64,000 nt of DNA from Ramazzottius varieornatus (lineage: Eukaryota; Animalia; Tardigrada), in the NCBI GenBank assembly GCA_001949185.1, contig BDGG01000005.1, forward strand, positions 2,345,249 to 2,409,248. Direction: 5' to 3'. Positions 61,901 to 64,000 of the stretch are shown here, piece after piece. Numbering within the stretch: position 1 is the stretch's first letter; each line of letters starts with the position of its first letter. The translations under genes and the position numbers were made by a program. A model generated the notes under the pieces. It was not told the DNA's origin, did no database searches, and worked only from the letters and a program-made list of their open reading frames with translations.

Positions 61901-64000
61901 CTCCTCGTAAGCTCGTACCGCACCAAAATGCATCCGTACTCATGCGCTGAATTTTTGTAGTTTACATACCAGTCCAATAACGCCGACTGGCTGTCCATGA
62001 CCCGTTCGAAGCGAGCCGACAAGTGCCCAAGGGAGGTCAACCATTTGTGGATGTTGCTGCATTGCAACGATGAAAATAACGCAAAGTCTTTTGCCCAGCA
62101 GCTGGCCCAAAACGGGCGACCCATGGGCCTCATTATGACCGATGCTCCCGTCAAGATGTAAACTTACATTCCTTTCGTTTTCGCGCTGAAGCAGAACACT
62201 AACCGTATCTTGACTTTCAGAGTCAACACGGTGAACGACAGTCCAACGGCATTTGTGGAGGCAGCCAGAAAGCACTACAATCCAGCCTGTGCGCTGGTAG
62301 TTGCAATGTAAGTAGTTTCACCTCCGGGTCCACTCTCTCTTCCTTTTTACATGTAACCTCGCGATCCTTTAGCCTTCATGCATGGAGAAAGCCTCTTTCC
62401 GGTTTTTGCAGACTTCCCAGCAACTCGAGCGATCGCTACAACGCGTTTAAAGAGTTCTTCTGCTGCACCGCGCCTTGTAAGTTTGGGCAATTGATGTCTC
62501 AGAAATTTTGCAAATGCCGATTCCGGTGATCGTTTCTGATCCTTCGGGTTGTACTCTGCAGGTCCTTCGCAAGTAGTGGTGGCCAAGACCATCAGCGACC
62601 AGAAGAAGGTTCGAAGTGTTGCTACCAAAGTTTGCATGCAGATATTGGCAAAACTTGGCGGTGAGAACTGGAAGATGAAGGTGAGTCCAGGTCTCCGAAA
62701 TACGTTGAATGTAAAACTGCTTTGGTCGTGCTCACTCGTTTTTATTTGTCGTAGTTTCCCTTCAGTGTCCCGACGATGGTCATTGGGGTGGACTCGCATC
62801 GCGACAAGACCGAACGAAACACTGTGGTGGCCGTGAGCGCTACTCACAATGCTGGCTTCTCTGGGTACTTCAGTTTCACTGAATATGCAAAGGACGACGA
62901 CGCGGTTTATGGCACCGTGACTCGCCTTGTTAAAAGTACGCTCCTTAGTTTGGTTTTTCTGATTTTTCCTTTGAACATTGAAGTTGAATATTGCGGGCAG
63001 AGCATATTTGGGACGTTATGAAATAAATTCACCCATTTAATTTTCGTAAGTGGCGCACGTTTTCGATCAGTAGTATCAAAAACATGCGCCACTTGAGAAC
63101 GAACTGCGCGAAACCATTCGCCGACGTCTCATGTTTCTGAATTTGATCCGACTAGGTATTTTAAGCTCTGGTCTTTGGGAAATTCACTGTATGTAAATTT
63201 CAAAACACTTTGGCTACTAACGAGTTTGCTGTGCAGAAGCCGTGGAGGCTTTCAAGAAGCGTAACAACGTCGTCCCCGTCAACATCTTCATTTACCGGGA
63301 CGGTAAGTGTTGGCCTGTCTTTTCTATCCCTATCGCGGTGAAACGTAACTCAAGTATGTCTTTTTCTTAACAGGTATCAGCCAAGGACAACTTGATTACG
63401 TCCGTGAAGAAGAGCTGAAGGGCATCAAGACGGTCTTGGGCGACTTTGCTACGGATACCAAAGGCACTCTCCCCAGGCTAACTTACATCCTCGTCAACAA
63501 GCGCGATTCCTCTCGGTTCTTCGAAGCTGGCAACAACCCTTGCTCGGGGACCGTCATCGACAAAGTGGTCACTCGTCCATTCCGGTAAGCATGCATTTTT
63601 CCAACCATCTTTCGGAGCCCGGCAAATAGACAGCCTGATCGTTTCCCAAGTCGCACATGCCAGCAGCTACAGTAATATCACTGTACACGTGCCCCAGTTG
63701 GAAAACGATCTACTGTACTATAGTTTGCTCGGTGGCATCCCAGGATTTTCAGTTTCCTTGCTTTTCATATCTTCGCTCATTCATGGTGTCTTTTTCTTAT
63801 TTAGTTACGACTTTTTCATCGTGTCGCAGTCAGTTCGCGAGGGCACCGTGGCTCCTACCTACTACGACGTCATTTCCGACCAGGTGAAACTGCAACCGGA
63901 CGCGATGCAGCAGATGACATACATGTTGTGCCACATGTACTTCAACTGGCCGGTATGCCATTTTACTGTTTATTTTATAGGTGAAATCGAGCTTTTTATG
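58986..64000 (+). CDS. piwi: PIWI-clade Argonaute, about 19 exons, 3' end beyond the window
   Basis: [17 protein letters not shown]2 [115 protein letters not shown] (Piwi-type C-terminus). Confidence 0.93.
60150..60198. repeat. Intronic palindrome family copy (Piwi intron)
   Basis: CAAGTGGCGCA-N27-TGCGCCACTTC. Confidence 0.9.
61746..61868. repeat. Tandem pair of palindrome copies (Piwi intron)
   Basis: Degenerate unit 61746-61794 and intact unit 61820-61868, period 74. Confidence 0.8.
63047..63095. repeat. Intronic palindrome family copy (Piwi intron)
   Basis: TAAGTGGCGCA-N27-TGCGCCACTTG. Confidence 0.88.
63647..63700. repeat. Degenerate palindrome copy (Piwi intron)
   Basis: CAAGTCGCACA-N32-TGCCCCAGTTG with GATCGTTTCC / GAAAACGATC flanks. 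Confidence 0.7.

Noticed and set aside
102-63700. CRISPR-like or recombinase-site interpretation of the conserved repeat plus fixed-length variable spacer
   Set aside because: The repeats are inverted pairs dispersed in eukaryotic introns, the spacers are related to one another and partly palindromic, and no cas or recombinase gene is present.

Overview
Eukaryotic (metazoan) genomic DNA from a compact, intron-rich genome with roughly balanced GC and many 55-75 nt GT-AG introns. A tardigrade-like invertebrate is my guess, not something the sequence proves. Manually spliced genes in order: CEP104-like (-, runs off the left edge), RPA12/POLR1H (-), eIF2-alpha (+), MyoR/TCF21-family bHLH (-) with two inverted 5S rRNA genes in its first intron, a signal-peptide-bearing DHDH-family oxidoreductase (+), PDE7-like phosphodiesterase (-), CABLES (+), RPAC2/POLR1D (-), Pins/GPSM2 (+), Mind bomb (-), hnRNP A/B (-) and a PIWI-clade Argonaute (+, runs off the right edge). 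The main unexplained structure is a family of about 20 copies of a 49-bp palindrome, CAAGTGGCGCA-N27-TGCGCCACTTG. All full copies lie in introns, most keep the 27-nt spacing, some show apparently compensatory stem changes, and some form ~74-bp tandem units. Two MITEs (one with an intact TA target duplication) and two other isolated hairpins are also present. Exon boundaries were read by eye and may be off by a few bases.
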